Shown here one piece after another: positions 38,501-48,081 of a DNA stretch of 64,000 bases (its first letter is position 1; every line of letters starts with the position of its first letter). The notes below the pieces were generated by a model that worked only from the letters and a program-made list of their open reading frames with translations, was not told where the DNA came from and ran no database searches. The DNA comes from Planctomycetota bacterium. Lineage in GTDB: Bacteria > Planctomycetota > UBA1135 > UBA2386. The translations under genes were made by a program, and so were the position numbers. The DNA is taken from the NCBI GenBank assembly GCA_965223545.1, contig OZ245006.1, positions 3,296,001-3,360,000 of the forward strand, read 5' to 3'.

Positions 38501-38553
38501 CACCGGCCGGCGGCGACACGACCAATGCGGTCGTCTTGACCTTGGGGCGGTGA
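35512..38553 (+). CDS. Secreted ELWxxDGT-repeat protein 1 with shared C-terminal domain
   Basis: Signal peptide; about 18 E(L/P)W.SDGT repeats. Confidence 0.92.
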   Translation: MRPTTAAIAALTVLAAASTPEPSTAQAANPRLLLDINTAPAPPLSSHPADATRLGRWIYFVATTPQTGTELFRTDGSTAELVVDLTPGPGSSTITNLVSTGAALFFGHSDHRGDELWTSDGSAAGTRIVKDIREGDGSSQPRLLTPSNGRLFFVAVDSRGEEPWVSDGTEAGTMQLLDINPSVSSSSVQHMEAFAGGVVFDAFSIGTGIEPYYSDGSPAGTVLLSDIVPGFVSGSPRDFAVLGNRVFFVANHPSTGRELWASDGTPGGTSLFADLVPGTTSSAARDLTVSGALLLFGATDPATGEELWVSDGTRTGTRLVTDLLAGSGSGYRGPMASMQDGRVLFGANDGTTGVEPWVSDGTAAGTRLVADTVPGAGSASLRELTSAVGRVFFTNSTVAAGAEPWVADGSAAFMLRDIRPGPQGSAPRLWGIDPASGRLLFTATDPISGAELWASDGTPAGTAMLVDATPQIGATLPSMPRGFTHAYGTTFFTADSSTGSDELWKTDGTRPGTTRVGTVTPTTTPMAVAGSLLFFSSDESSIGIELWISDGTDAGTFPIDVYVGRASSAPTDLTPVGNRIFFSALNNTGRELWLSDGTVAGTRLVSDIAFGGRSSSPSHLTDMSGSLLFTADDGSTGRELWVSDGSSIGTRQLADIFSGAGSANPDGLTPAGDLVFFTANDGVSGIELWVTDGTAGGTRLVADLNPGFGSSTPRDLTAIGSTVFFVANDGVNGLELWQSDGTAGGTRLVADIVPGLASSSPAELTRVGHRLMFTAVTAVAGREPWVSDGTPLGTTMIADLAPGTVSSRPTDLVASGSRHVFFMANNGGAETHLWRSDGTAPGTVTVAESIGSGGCPTDLTLASGQLVFAGEDPQFGCEPFALDLGAATQPVGFACGAGRRPEMETTDPVLGAVMQIDGRQAPPNGAGCVLFGLPSPPVLFAARPGNACALFMTRPEVLASVSATAASTFGLPVPVPNAPALAGLDVAMQAVFAPTPAPAGGDTTNAVVLTLGR

Positions 38554-38656
38554 TCCGCGCGAATCGCGAGGCGCGCGGCGGCGTGCGTTTCGTGGGACAC
38601 ACCCCGGCGCGGCGGCAAACCCCAGGCATCCACCAACGCCTACGGAGCGCCCCGCG

Positions 38657-41600
38657 ATGCCTCGACCGACCCCCTCTGCCCTCCTTGCCGGCTTGGCCGC
38701 CCTGTTGCCAATCGCGCCGCCGTCACTCGCGGCGCAAGGCCCCCGGCTGCTGCTCGACGTCAATCGAACCAGGCAACCAGAAGCAGGTTCCATGCCACGC
38801 GACGCAGCCGTCCTGGGCGCATGGGTCTATTACACCGCGACCACTCCCTCCACCGGACGCGAGCTGTTCCGCACCAATGGAGTCAGGATCGAGTTGGTCG
38901 TCGACCTGCAGCCCGGCACAGCCAGCGCGTCCATCACCGGTCTCGTCTCGACGGGAACGGCATTGTTCTTCGCGCACACCGATGCGGCCGGTACCGAACT
39001 CTGGACATCGGACGGCACGGCCGCCGGGACCCGCATCGTCAAGGACATCGTCGAGGGCAGCACCGGCTCCGACCCCCGGGACCTCACCGTGGCTGCGGGC
39101 AAGGTCTTCTTTTCCGCCGCGGATGCCGCGGGTCGTGAACCGTGGGTCAGCGACGGAACCGAAGGCGGAACGGTGGCGCTCGGCGACCTCAACCCCGGAG
39201 CCGCCGACTCGGTCCCTGCACTGTTTACACCGTTCGCGAACGGGATCGTGTTCAGTGCGCATTCGGCCGTCGAGGGAACCGAGCCCTATGTGTCCGACGG
39301 CACCCCGACCGGCACGACCCGCCTCGGCGACCTCAATCCGGGGATCGCGAGCTCGAACCCTCGACACTTCGCGCCTCTCGGCAGCACTGTGTACTTCGTC
39401 GCCGACCATCCGGCGTCGGGCACCGAGCTCTGGGCATCCGACGGGACCGCCGCTCGCACCGCCCTGTTCCTGGACCTGAACGCCGGCGCCCAGTCGAGCG
39501 ACCCGCGTGACTTGACAGTGTCGGGCACTCGGCTGTTCTTTGCGGCGGACGACGGCTCGTTCGGGTTGGAGCCTTGGGTGTCGGACGGCACCCAAGCCGG
39601 AACGCGCGTTGCCGACGACATCCTGCCGGGCCCGGCGTCGGGCTACCGGGGTCCGATGGGATCTCTTGGCGACGGTCGAGTCGTGTTCGTCGGAGACGAC
39701 GGCATCGTCGGCGGCGAGCCCTGGGTCTCCGACGGCACGGCGCTGGGTACGTTTCTGTTGGTCGATGCTTGGGCCGGCGCTCCCGGCCTGCCGATGGGGA
39801 ACTTCGTCTCTTCGGTCGGGCGGGTGTTCTTCATCGCGCTGTTGCCGACGACTGCCCTCGAACCGTGGGTGTCGGACGGCACCACCAGCGGCACCAAGGT
39901 GTTGCGCGACATCGCGCCGGGCAGCGCGGCGTCGTTGCCAATGCTCCAGCTCGTACACCCGACCACCAACGCGCTGATCTTCTCGGCCAACGACGGCACG
40001 CTCGGTGACGAGCTGTGGCAGAGCGACGGCACCCTCGCCGGCACCGTCGTGCTGGCGAACACTCTGACGGCGCCGGCCGGCGCGACGAGGTCCTCCGACG
40101 CCACCGACTATGCGCACGCGTTCGGCACCACGTACTTCGCGGCGGACAGCGGCAGCGGCGTTCACCAGCTGTGGAAGACCGACGGGGCCTCGGCGGGGAC
40201 CGCCCGCGTCCACACCACGACCGTGACCACCACCGGAACGGCTCCGGTCGTGGTCGCCGGTGCCAACATCTACTTCCGTGCTCGGGACGCGACCAACGGT
40301 GACGAACTGTGGGTCAGCGACGGCACCTCCGGAGGAACGCGCATGCTACGCGACATCCGGCCCGGCCCGAGCTCGTCGAACGCCATCGCCCTGACCCCGG
40401 TCGGCGCTCGACTCTACTTCACTGCGAACGATGGCTCCACTGGCCAAGAGCTGTGGATCACCGACGGCACCACCACCGGCACTACCCGCGTGAAGGACAT
40501 CGACAACGGCCCGACGAGCTCGGCACCGAGCGCGCTGACCCGCCTGCACGGCTTCTTGTTGTGCGCGGCGGACGGTGGCTCCGAGTCCGGCCGCGAGCTC
40601 TGGATCAGCGACGGCACAGCAGGTGGGACGCGACTCTTGGCCGACATCGCTCCCGGGGCGGCCGGCTCGAATCCAGACGCTTTGACCCGCGCCGACGGCC
40701 AGGTCTTCTTCAGCGCGGACGACGGCAGCAGCGGCGTCGAGTTGTGGGTGACGGACGGCACGACGCCGGGCACGCGTCGCGTGGCCGATCTCTTCGCGGG
40801 CCCCGGCAGCAGTCGTCCCAGCGACTTCACGGCGGTCGGAGACTCGGTCTATTTCGTCGCCGATGACGGCACCACCGGCAGGGAGCTTTGGCGGTCGGAT
40901 GGCACTACCGCCGGCACGGCCCGTGTCGCCGACTTGGAGCCCGGCATCTTCAGCGCGGCACCGAGCGAGCTCACGCGGCTCGACGACCGCATCGTGTTCT
41001 CTGCGGTGACCGCGGCGGCCGGCCGCGAACCGTGGATCTCGGACGGCACCACCGCCGGCACCGTGCCGCTCGGCGATCTCGCCGCCGGCAGCGCTGGCTC
41101 GAACCCGGCCGACTTCACCGCATCGGGCACCCGCTTCGTCTTCTTCAGCGCGGACCCCGCCAGCGGTGTGCGCGAGCTCTGGCGAACCGATGGCACGGTC
41201 GCCGGCACCGTGGCACTCACCGCGGGACTCCCCGACGGGAAGTCGCCGACCGACCTCACCCTCGCCAGCGGCCAGCTGCTCTTCACCGCCATGGACTCGC
41301 TGCGCGGCCGCGAGCCGTTCGTGCTCGATCTCACCTCTGCAACGCAGCCCGTCGGTTTCGCCTGCGGCGCAGGCCGCCGCCCCGAGCTGGAGAGTACCGA
41401 CCCGATTCTCGGCGGCATCCTTCAGCTGCGCGGCCGTCAGGCGGCACCCGGCACCGCGGCGTTCGTGCTGCTCGGCCTGCCGAGTCCCCCCGCGGTCTTC
41501 GCCTCGCAGCCCGGCAACACGTGTGCCCTGTTCGTCAGCGTCCCCGCGGTGCTGGCGTCGCTGACGGTCGCGACCGGGTCCACCGAATGGCAGCTGGCCG

Positions 41601-41725
41601 TGCCCGTCCCCAACACTGCCGCTCTCGCCGGCCTCGACGTCGCGGCGCAGACGCTGTTCGCGCCGACAACCAGCCCTGCGGGCGCCGATGCCAGCAACGC
41701 GATCGTCCTGACCTTGGGGTCGTGA
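38657..41725 (+). CDS. Secreted ELWxxDGT-repeat protein 2 with shared C-terminal domain
   Basis: Signal peptide; collinear paralogue of the preceding gene. Confidence 0.92.
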   Translation: MPRPTPSALLAGLAALLPIAPPSLAAQGPRLLLDVNRTRQPEAGSMPRDAAVLGAWVYYTATTPSTGRELFRTNGVRIELVVDLQPGTASASITGLVSTGTALFFAHTDAAGTELWTSDGTAAGTRIVKDIVEGSTGSDPRDLTVAAGKVFFSAADAAGREPWVSDGTEGGTVALGDLNPGAADSVPALFTPFANGIVFSAHSAVEGTEPYVSDGTPTGTTRLGDLNPGIASSNPRHFAPLGSTVYFVADHPASGTELWASDGTAARTALFLDLNAGAQSSDPRDLTVSGTRLFFAADDGSFGLEPWVSDGTQAGTRVADDILPGPASGYRGPMGSLGDGRVVFVGDDGIVGGEPWVSDGTALGTFLLVDAWAGAPGLPMGNFVSSVGRVFFIALLPTTALEPWVSDGTTSGTKVLRDIAPGSAASLPMLQLVHPTTNALIFSANDGTLGDELWQSDGTLAGTVVLANTLTAPAGATRSSDATDYAHAFGTTYFAADSGSGVHQLWKTDGASAGTARVHTTTVTTTGTAPVVVAGANIYFRARDATNGDELWVSDGTSGGTRMLRDIRPGPSSSNAIALTPVGARLYFTANDGSTGQELWITDGTTTGTTRVKDIDNGPTSSAPSALTRLHGFLLCAADGGSESGRELWISDGTAGGTRLLADIAPGAAGSNPDALTRADGQVFFSADDGSSGVELWVTDGTTPGTRRVADLFAGPGSSRPSDFTAVGDSVYFVADDGTTGRELWRSDGTTAGTARVADLEPGIFSAAPSELTRLDDRIVFSAVTAAAGREPWISDGTTAGTVPLGDLAAGSAGSNPADFTASGTRFVFFSADPASGVRELWRTDGTVAGTVALTAGLPDGKSPTDLTLASGQLLFTAMDSLRGREPFVLDLTSATQPVGFACGAGRRPELESTDPILGGILQLRGRQAAPGTAAFVLLGLPSPPAVFASQPGNTCALFVSVPAVLASLTVATGSTEWQLAVPVPNTAALAGLDVAAQTLFAPTTSPAGADASNAIVLTLGS

Positions 41726-44700
41726 TGCAGCGAAGTCACGCGATTCGATCCGTTCTGCACCTCGGCGCCTTGGCAGCGAGCGTGGTCACGAATGACGGGA
41801 CCGCCGCGCAAGCCCCGCAGCTCTTGCTCGACATCAACACAAGCCAGGTCCCCGACCGTGGCTCCCAGCCCCGACACGCGGCCCGGCTGGGGAGCTGGAT
41901 CTACTACATCGCCGCCATCCCGAGGACGGGCCGAGAGCTGTTTCGCACCGATGGCCAAGTCATCGAGCTCGTCGTCGATCTCAATCCGGGCACCCGGGGC
42001 ACGACCGTCACCGAGACCGAGTCGACGGGGTCGGCTCTGTTCCTGGTCGTCAGCGACCGCACCTACGGCAAGGAGCTGTGGGTCTCCGACGGTACTGCCG
42101 CCGGCACGCGCATCGTCAAGGACATCGTCGAGGGTGGCGTAGGCTCGAATCCGAGCCAGCTCACGGCATCGGCGGGGAAGGTGTACTTCACGGCGGCGGA
42201 CGGAGCCGGCGAGGAGCTGTGGGTGAGTGACGGCACCGAGGCCGGCACCGTGCGCCTGGCCGATCTCGAGCCGGGGATGGCATCGTCGACACCGCGCGAC
42301 CTCACGCCGTTTCGCGGCGGCATCGCGTTCCGCGCGACCACGACCAACGACGGCGCTGAGCCGTACTTCTCGGACGGGACGGCGGCTGGCACGGTGCGCT
42401 TGCTCGACGTGTGGCCCGGCCCCATCGACTCCGATCCGCGCGACTTCTCGGTCCTCGGCAACCAGCTGTTCTTCACCGCGGCCAACCCGTTCGTCGGCCG
42501 CGAGATCTGGAGCTCGGACGGGACGCCTGCCGGTACCACCCTGTTTCTGGATCTGTGGCCGGGCACTGCCTGGAGCGCCCCCAACCCCGCCGCGGGGACT
42601 CCGCGCGCCATGGCTGTGTCCGGGCCCCAGCTGTTCTTCGCGGCGCGAGATCCGGCGAGCGGGCTCGAGTTGTGGGTTTCCGACGGCACGCCGGCCGGTA
42701 CACGGCTTGCCGGGGACGCGTGGCCAGGCCCCACGAGCGGCTACAAGGGCGGCATCGCTCCGATGCACGACGGCCGCGTGCTGTTCGCCGCCGACGATGG
42801 AAGCACCGGCACCGAGCCTTGGGTGTCGGATGGAACCCCGGTGGGCACTTTCTTGCTCGGCGACACCGCCGCGAACGGCAACGCCCGGATCGGTCAGCTG
42901 ATGGGTGCCCCGGGACGAGTGTTCTTCACCAACACGACCGCCACCAGTGGAAGCGAGCCGTGGACGTCCGACGGCACGGTCGCCGGCACCCGGTTGCTGC
43001 GCGACATCAACCCGGGCGTTCGCAGCTCGCTGCTCTTCTTCCAGCTCGTCGACCCCACCAGTGGCGCGCTGATCTTCTCGGCCGACGACCCCCGAGTCGG
43101 CGACGAGCTGTGGAAAAGCGATGGCTCACCATCCGGCACCTCCGTCCTGGCCAATACCCGGGCCGCGCCCGCCGGCCTGACGGCGCCGTCCCACCCGACC
43201 AGCTTCGTCCGCCTCTTCGACTGCACGCTTTTCACTGCTGACTCGGGCAGCGGCGTCCACGAGCTGTGGCGGACGGACGGCACTACCGGTGGCACCGCGC
43301 GATTGAAGTCGATCGCCGTCGCAAGCACGAGCACGGCACCCCTGACCGTAGCCGGAACCAACGCCTACTTCCTCGGCAACGATCCGGCAACAGGAACCGA
43401 GCTGTGGGCCAGTGACGGCACCGCCCAGGGCACGCGGCTCGTGCGCGACATCAACCCCGGACCTACCCTCACGATCTTGGCCGAACTCACCGCGATCGGA
43501 GACCGTCTGTTCTTCCTGGCCGACGACGGAGTCCACGGCGGCGAGCTGTGGATGTCCGATGGGACCACTGCCGGCACGGTCCTCGTGAAAGACATCTTGA
43601 GCGGACCGGCGAGCTCCTCTCCGCTCGGGTTGGTCGCTCTGAACGGCGCCGTCCTCTTCTCCGCGACCGGCGGCCCCGAAACCGGCAACGAGCTGTGGAT
43701 CAGCGATGGAACCGCCGCGGGCACACGGCTGGTGACAGACGTGCGCCCCGGCTTCTTCTCGTCCCGTCCGCGGGATCTCACCACCGCGGGTGGAGCCGTC
43801 TTCTTTCGAGCGAACGACGGCATCAGCGGCGAAGAGCTGTGGGTCACTGATGGTACCGCGGCGGGAACACGCCTGGTCACCGACATTGTGCCCGGCTTCT
43901 CCTCCTCGTCACCGCAACACCTCGTGGCCGTCGGGGGCGCCGTGTTCTTCAACGCATGGGAGTCCAGCACCGGCCTAGAGCTTTGGACCTCGGACGGCAC
44001 CGCCGCGGGTACGCGGCTGGTTGCGGACCTCGAACCCGGGGCCGGCAGCTCCAACCCAACCGAGCTCACTCGGCTGGGAGGTCGCATCGTCTTCTCGGCA
44101 AAAACGACCGCCGCCGGCGACGAGCTGTGGGCCTCGGACGGGACCGCTGCCGGCACGACGCTGATCGATCTCGTCAGCGGAGCTCCCAGCTCGGCACCCA
44201 GCGATTTCGTCGCCGCCGGGACTCGCTTCGCGTACTTCGCCGCGACGAAGGGCTACGGCCGAGACTTGTGGCGCACCGACGGAACGGCGGTGGGCACCAC
44301 GAGCCTGACCACGGGCGGCCGCGAACGCACCGAGCCGTCGCGGCTCGGCCAGGCGGGTGGGCAGCTGCTGTTCTCCGCCCTGCATCGCGTCTCGGGCCGT
44401 GAACCGTTCGTTGCACAGCTCGGCGCCACTTCGCAACCGGTCGGCTTCGCCTGCGGCGCCGAGGCACGCCCGGCGCTCACGAGCACCGACCCGGTGCTCG
44501 GCGGAGTCGTCCAACTCCGCGCCGAACAGGCCCCTCCGGCCACCGTCGGTTTCGTGATCGCCGGCCGCTTGCAGCCACCTGCCCTGCTGTCCACGCAACC
44601 CGGCAACCGCTGCGCGCTGTTCGTCGCTGCCCCGACGATCCTGACGACCGCGCCGGTTGCACCCGGCACGACTTCGTGGCAAGCCGCCGTGCCCATCCCC

Positions 44701-44814
44701 AACGCCATTGCTCTCGTCGGAATCGAGGTCGCCGCGCAGAGCATCTTTGCACCGACTGCGGCCCCGCTCGGCGCGGATCTCTCGAACGGCGTCGCCCTTC
44801 ACCTCGGCCGTTGA
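41725..44814 (+). CDS. Secreted ELWxxDGT-repeat protein 3 with shared C-terminal domain
   Basis: Start ATG 41725 (TGATG overlap), MQRSHAIRSVLHLGALAASV...AQAPQLLLDIN; collinear with paralogues 1 and 2. Confidence 0.92.
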   Translation: MQRSHAIRSVLHLGALAASVVTNDGTAAQAPQLLLDINTSQVPDRGSQPRHAARLGSWIYYIAAIPRTGRELFRTDGQVIELVVDLNPGTRGTTVTETESTGSALFLVVSDRTYGKELWVSDGTAAGTRIVKDIVEGGVGSNPSQLTASAGKVYFTAADGAGEELWVSDGTEAGTVRLADLEPGMASSTPRDLTPFRGGIAFRATTTNDGAEPYFSDGTAAGTVRLLDVWPGPIDSDPRDFSVLGNQLFFTAANPFVGREIWSSDGTPAGTTLFLDLWPGTAWSAPNPAAGTPRAMAVSGPQLFFAARDPASGLELWVSDGTPAGTRLAGDAWPGPTSGYKGGIAPMHDGRVLFAADDGSTGTEPWVSDGTPVGTFLLGDTAANGNARIGQLMGAPGRVFFTNTTATSGSEPWTSDGTVAGTRLLRDINPGVRSSLLFFQLVDPTSGALIFSADDPRVGDELWKSDGSPSGTSVLANTRAAPAGLTAPSHPTSFVRLFDCTLFTADSGSGVHELWRTDGTTGGTARLKSIAVASTSTAPLTVAGTNAYFLGNDPATGTELWASDGTAQGTRLVRDINPGPTLTILAELTAIGDRLFFLADDGVHGGELWMSDGTTAGTVLVKDILSGPASSSPLGLVALNGAVLFSATGGPETGNELWISDGTAAGTRLVTDVRPGFFSSRPRDLTTAGGAVFFRANDGISGEELWVTDGTAAGTRLVTDIVPGFSSSSPQHLVAVGGAVFFNAWESSTGLELWTSDGTAAGTRLVADLEPGAGSSNPTELTRLGGRIVFSAKTTAAGDELWASDGTAAGTTLIDLVSGAPSSAPSDFVAAGTRFAYFAATKGYGRDLWRTDGTAVGTTSLTTGGRERTEPSRLGQAGGQLLFSALHRVSGREPFVAQLGATSQPVGFACGAEARPALTSTDPVLGGVVQLRAEQAPPATVGFVIAGRLQPPALLSTQPGNRCALFVAAPTILTTAPVAPGTTSWQAAVPIPNAIALVGIEVAAQSIFAPTAAPLGADLSNGVALHLGR

Positions 44815-44893
44815 CTCGAGAGGGATCGTGTCCCGCCGGGATTCTCGAGTTCGCGTGTGGCGAGCTGTTCGGGTCCGTCGACGACCCGGACAG

Positions 44894-47800
44894 CTACCGC
44901 GCCAGCCGCAGATGGAGCACAGTCGTGCTCGGCGTGACCGGTGCAGCCGCGTGCTCATCTGCCCCGCCGCGCAGACGGACCTCGACCGCTGCCTCGGGCA
45001 ACAGAACGGTTTCCTCTTCGTCGGCAGACGCCGGGGCCGAGACCGTGTCGCGCAACAGCTCGACCCCATCGGCGTCGACGGCGGTCAACAACAGCATGCC
45101 GCGTGGGCTGCCGTCGGGAGTCGCGATGTGCACGGTGCAGCGCCGCGCATCGCGCAGCGCGACCACACACTCGGCATGACCGTTGCTCTGCACGTCGAAC
45201 GTCGCGACGCCTGCCGCCGGGCGGGCGCCACCGACCCGTGCGCATGCGGTGTAGCGCCCCGGCGGTAGCTCGTCCCAGACCAGCGGTTCGTCGGCGAAGC
45301 GACGGCTGTCGACCAGGTCTGTCTCGACGAACAAGTTGAGCACACCCCGGCTGGCGCGCTCGCCGGCGCCGGTCACGCGCAGCGTGGCGCTGCCGGGCGG
45401 GGTCACCACGAGCTCGCCCACGTCGACGGTCTCGTGTGCCCGCATCTCGTGGACGCCGAGGTCGGCGAGGCTCCGCATCGAGCCCGAGCGGGTCACCGAG
45501 ATCCGCACACGGCATGGCTTCCACGGGCCGAGCTCGAAGGAGCCGTCCGCGGCCGGGGCCGTCAGCAGCCCCGGCGTGCCGTCCAGGGGTCGGATCATCA
45601 AGGCGAGGTCGCCAGCGGGGCGGCGGTCCTCGTACACAACGCGGCCGCGCAACCGTGCCGTCGGGGCCATGTCGGGTCGCGCCCGCAGCTCGATGTCGGA
45701 CTCCGGCGCCACGTCAGCCCTACGGATCTCGATATTTCCCCCCGAGGCGGCGCGGATCTGCGCCGTCACCTGATAGCGACCAGCTGCGTCGAGCGGCCCC
45801 AACGCAAAGCGACCATCCTCCCCCGCGGTCGTCGTCGCAGACGCGATGCTCGCGGCGGCGGCGTAGCACGTGACGTAGGCGCCGGCCGCCGGCTTTCCAT
45901 TCTCGGTCCAGACAATGCCGGTGATTGCGGGGCGGCGCGAGAGGGTCGGGTTCCACTCGGTGGTCTCACCACCGTTCAGCGTCAGGGTGGCCTTGGCGAT
46001 GCCGAGGGTCTCGTGCCAAGCGACGACCTCGACCTGACCGATCGGTAGGTGCTCCAACGAGAAGCCTCCGTCCGTGCGAGTAGAACACCGCGCACCCGCG
46101 AGCTTGGCGGTGTCGCCGTGGTAGACGAGCGCCCCTTCGACCGCGGCGCCGCGATCGTCGCGAACCACGCCGGTGACCGTCGCGGCGGCCGACAGCACCA
46201 CGTCGAGGCGAGCCTCGCCCGCGGGCGGGATCTCGACCTTGCCACGCCACGGCGCGTGGTGCGGCGCGCGGATCTGCACATCCTGCGAGCCGGTCGGCAA
46301 CGGGGACAGCGTCGCGAGGCCGTCGGCACCGGTGACTCGGCGCAGCGCCGGAGGCGTCGCGACGTCCATCGAATCGACGAAATGCGGCACCTCCTCCCCG
46401 ACGACGACCAGCGCGCCCTCGAGGGGCCTCCCCGCGGCGCCCATGACTCGCACCATCGCCGCACCGCCGGCCGCTGCCAGCCGCACCACGACCTCGACGG
46501 GATCCGGTCCGGGATTGGGGCCGAAGCGGGGGTAGACGGTTCCCGAGGGACCGTAGCCCTGGCGGAACGCGGCGACGCACTGCGACGGCGCCATGCGCGT
46601 CGCGAACCGACCATCTGCGTCGGCGCGCAGGGTCACCGCGCCGTACTGACCATGTCCCCGGAGGTGACCGCGCGCCGTGCGTCCATAGCGCACCTCGGAC
46701 GAGATCCAAACCGCGGCATCGGCGACCGGCGCGCCGTGTGGTCCAACCACGCGCCCGTTGACCGCATACCCGCGCAACGCGAGCTCCACCTCCGCCGCGC
46801 GGCCCGCGTCGATGCGCGCGGCTTCGTGCTCGCCAGTGCCGGCGTGCACGATCACCGCACCCGGCGCCAGCTCGTCGAACGCACAGCGGCCGGCGGCGTC
46901 GGTCTGCGCGCGCAACGGGGCGAGCTCCTGCTGCCCGTTGTCGGGGTAGACGACGTCGATGATCTGGTGCGCGGCGGGCTGGCCGTCGCTCGCCCAGTGC
47001 GCGACCACGGTGAGCGTGCCCGCATCTGCGCCTTCATCCGTCGGTGCGCGCCGCGCGAGCTCCGCCCGCGTCGCCATCGCGCTCGGTCCCTGCGCGGCGG
47101 ATTCGCCGGTCATCGTCGCCGCTGGTGGATCGGCGACCGGCGGCGCCGGCGGCACTCCCAGCGGAGTCCCGCCACTGAACCAAAGGCCCAACGCCACCAA
47201 CGCGGCGCCGAGGCCACTGCAAACTGCGAGTTTGGACTTCATCGCACTGGCTCCGATCAGGGTCATCGCGGTTCCGCCGAGCGCCACCGGTGCGCCGGCC
47301 CCGGCGATCTCGGCGCCGCGCCGCAGCACCGCCGCGCGCGCGGTGCGCAAGCCGGCCTGTGGCAGCGGCACCGCGACGGCGGCGGCGACGAAGCCGCGCG
47401 GCAACTGGCGCCGCAGCAGCTCCAGACCGCGCACGATCTGGGTGCGCACGGTGCCGGCCGGGCGCATCAATGCGCTGCCGATCTCCGCCGCGGTGAGGCC
47501 GTGCTCCAGGTGCAGCTCGACGACCGGCCGGTAGACCGCGGGCAGCGCCGCCACCGCGCGGCCGAACGCCTCGCGAAACTCGGCGTGCTCGGCGGCGCGG
47601 CGCGGATCGCCGGTATCGGCCGGAGCCGGCGCCGCCGCGGCGCGCGCCGCCCGCCGGCGTTCGTTGCGCGCGAGGTTGGCGACGATCCCGCACAGCCACG
47701 GCAGCACACGCCGCTCGGCGGCAAACTGCGCACGCCGCTCCATGGCGACGAGGAACGCGCTCTGCACCAAATCGCGCGCGCGGTCGGGGTCGCCGACGAG

Positions 47801-47926
47801 GTGGGTCGCAATGCGCAGCAGCTCCGGAGCCGTCGCGTCGAACACCGCCCCGAGCGCCCGTACGTCACCGCGCTCGACGAATCGCACGAAGTCGCGGTCG
47901 GCTCGGGACAGGCGCATGGCGTCCAT
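44894..47926 (-). CDS. ECF sigma factor fused to a TM helix and multiple carboxypeptidase-regulatory-like domains
   Basis: ARDLVQSAFL, PWLCGIVAN, EIGSALMRPAGTVRTQIVRG; TM after MKSK; repeats VNGRVVGPHGAPV / VTGVVRDDRGAAV / ITGIVWTENGKPA. Confidence 0.87.
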   Translation of the reverse strand: MDAMRLSRADRDFVRFVERGDVRALGAVFDATAPELLRIATHLVGDPDRARDLVQSAFLVAMERRAQFAAERRVLPWLCGIVANLARNERRRAARAAAAPAPADTGDPRRAAEHAEFREAFGRAVAALPAVYRPVVELHLEHGLTAAEIGSALMRPAGTVRTQIVRGLELLRRQLPRGFVAAAVAVPLPQAGLRTARAAVLRRGAEIAGAGAPVALGGTAMTLIGASAMKSKLAVCSGLGAALVALGLWFSGGTPLGVPPAPPVADPPAATMTGESAAQGPSAMATRAELARRAPTDEGADAGTLTVVAHWASDGQPAAHQIIDVVYPDNGQQELAPLRAQTDAAGRCAFDELAPGAVIVHAGTGEHEAARIDAGRAAEVELALRGYAVNGRVVGPHGAPVADAAVWISSEVRYGRTARGHLRGHGQYGAVTLRADADGRFATRMAPSQCVAAFRQGYGPSGTVYPRFGPNPGPDPVEVVVRLAAAGGAAMVRVMGAAGRPLEGALVVVGEEVPHFVDSMDVATPPALRRVTGADGLATLSPLPTGSQDVQIRAPHHAPWRGKVEIPPAGEARLDVVLSAAATVTGVVRDDRGAAVEGALVYHGDTAKLAGARCSTRTDGGFSLEHLPIGQVEVVAWHETLGIAKATLTLNGGETTEWNPTLSRRPAITGIVWTENGKPAAGAYVTCYAAAASIASATTTAGEDGRFALGPLDAAGRYQVTAQIRAASGGNIEIRRADVAPESDIELRARPDMAPTARLRGRVVYEDRRPAGDLALMIRPLDGTPGLLTAPAADGSFELGPWKPCRVRISVTRSGSMRSLADLGVHEMRAHETVDVGELVVTPPGSATLRVTGAGERASRGVLNLFVETDLVDSRRFADEPLVWDELPPGRYTACARVGGARPAAGVATFDVQSNGHAECVVALRDARRCTVHIATPDGSPRGMLLLTAVDADGVELLRDTVSAPASADEEETVLLPEAAVEVRLRGGADEHAAAPVTPSTTVLHLRLAR

Positions 47927-48081
47927 CCTTGTCGGTGGCGCGCCGCGTGCGACATCAAATCCTCACGGCCCATGGTCCAGCGGCCTCCCGACTGGACGCC
48001 GTGTGGCGCTTGTGTTGAGATGGGGCGGGAGAGAGCCGCGAGCCTGGGCGTCGACAAAGACCCCCGACAGAGAGGCAGAAC

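Noticed and set aside
40888..41724. N-terminal extension of the 1308-aa ORF 40888-44814
   Set aside because: It overlaps paralogue 2 in another frame and reads as Arg-rich shadow sequence. Homology to the paralogues begins at ATG 41725.
44814..44850. Inverted repeat ACTCGAGA...TCTCGAGT (and similar hairpins near 11129-11159) as mobile-element ends
   Set aside because: No transposase or target-site duplication is visible. They lie between convergent genes and are better explained as terminator-like hairpins.
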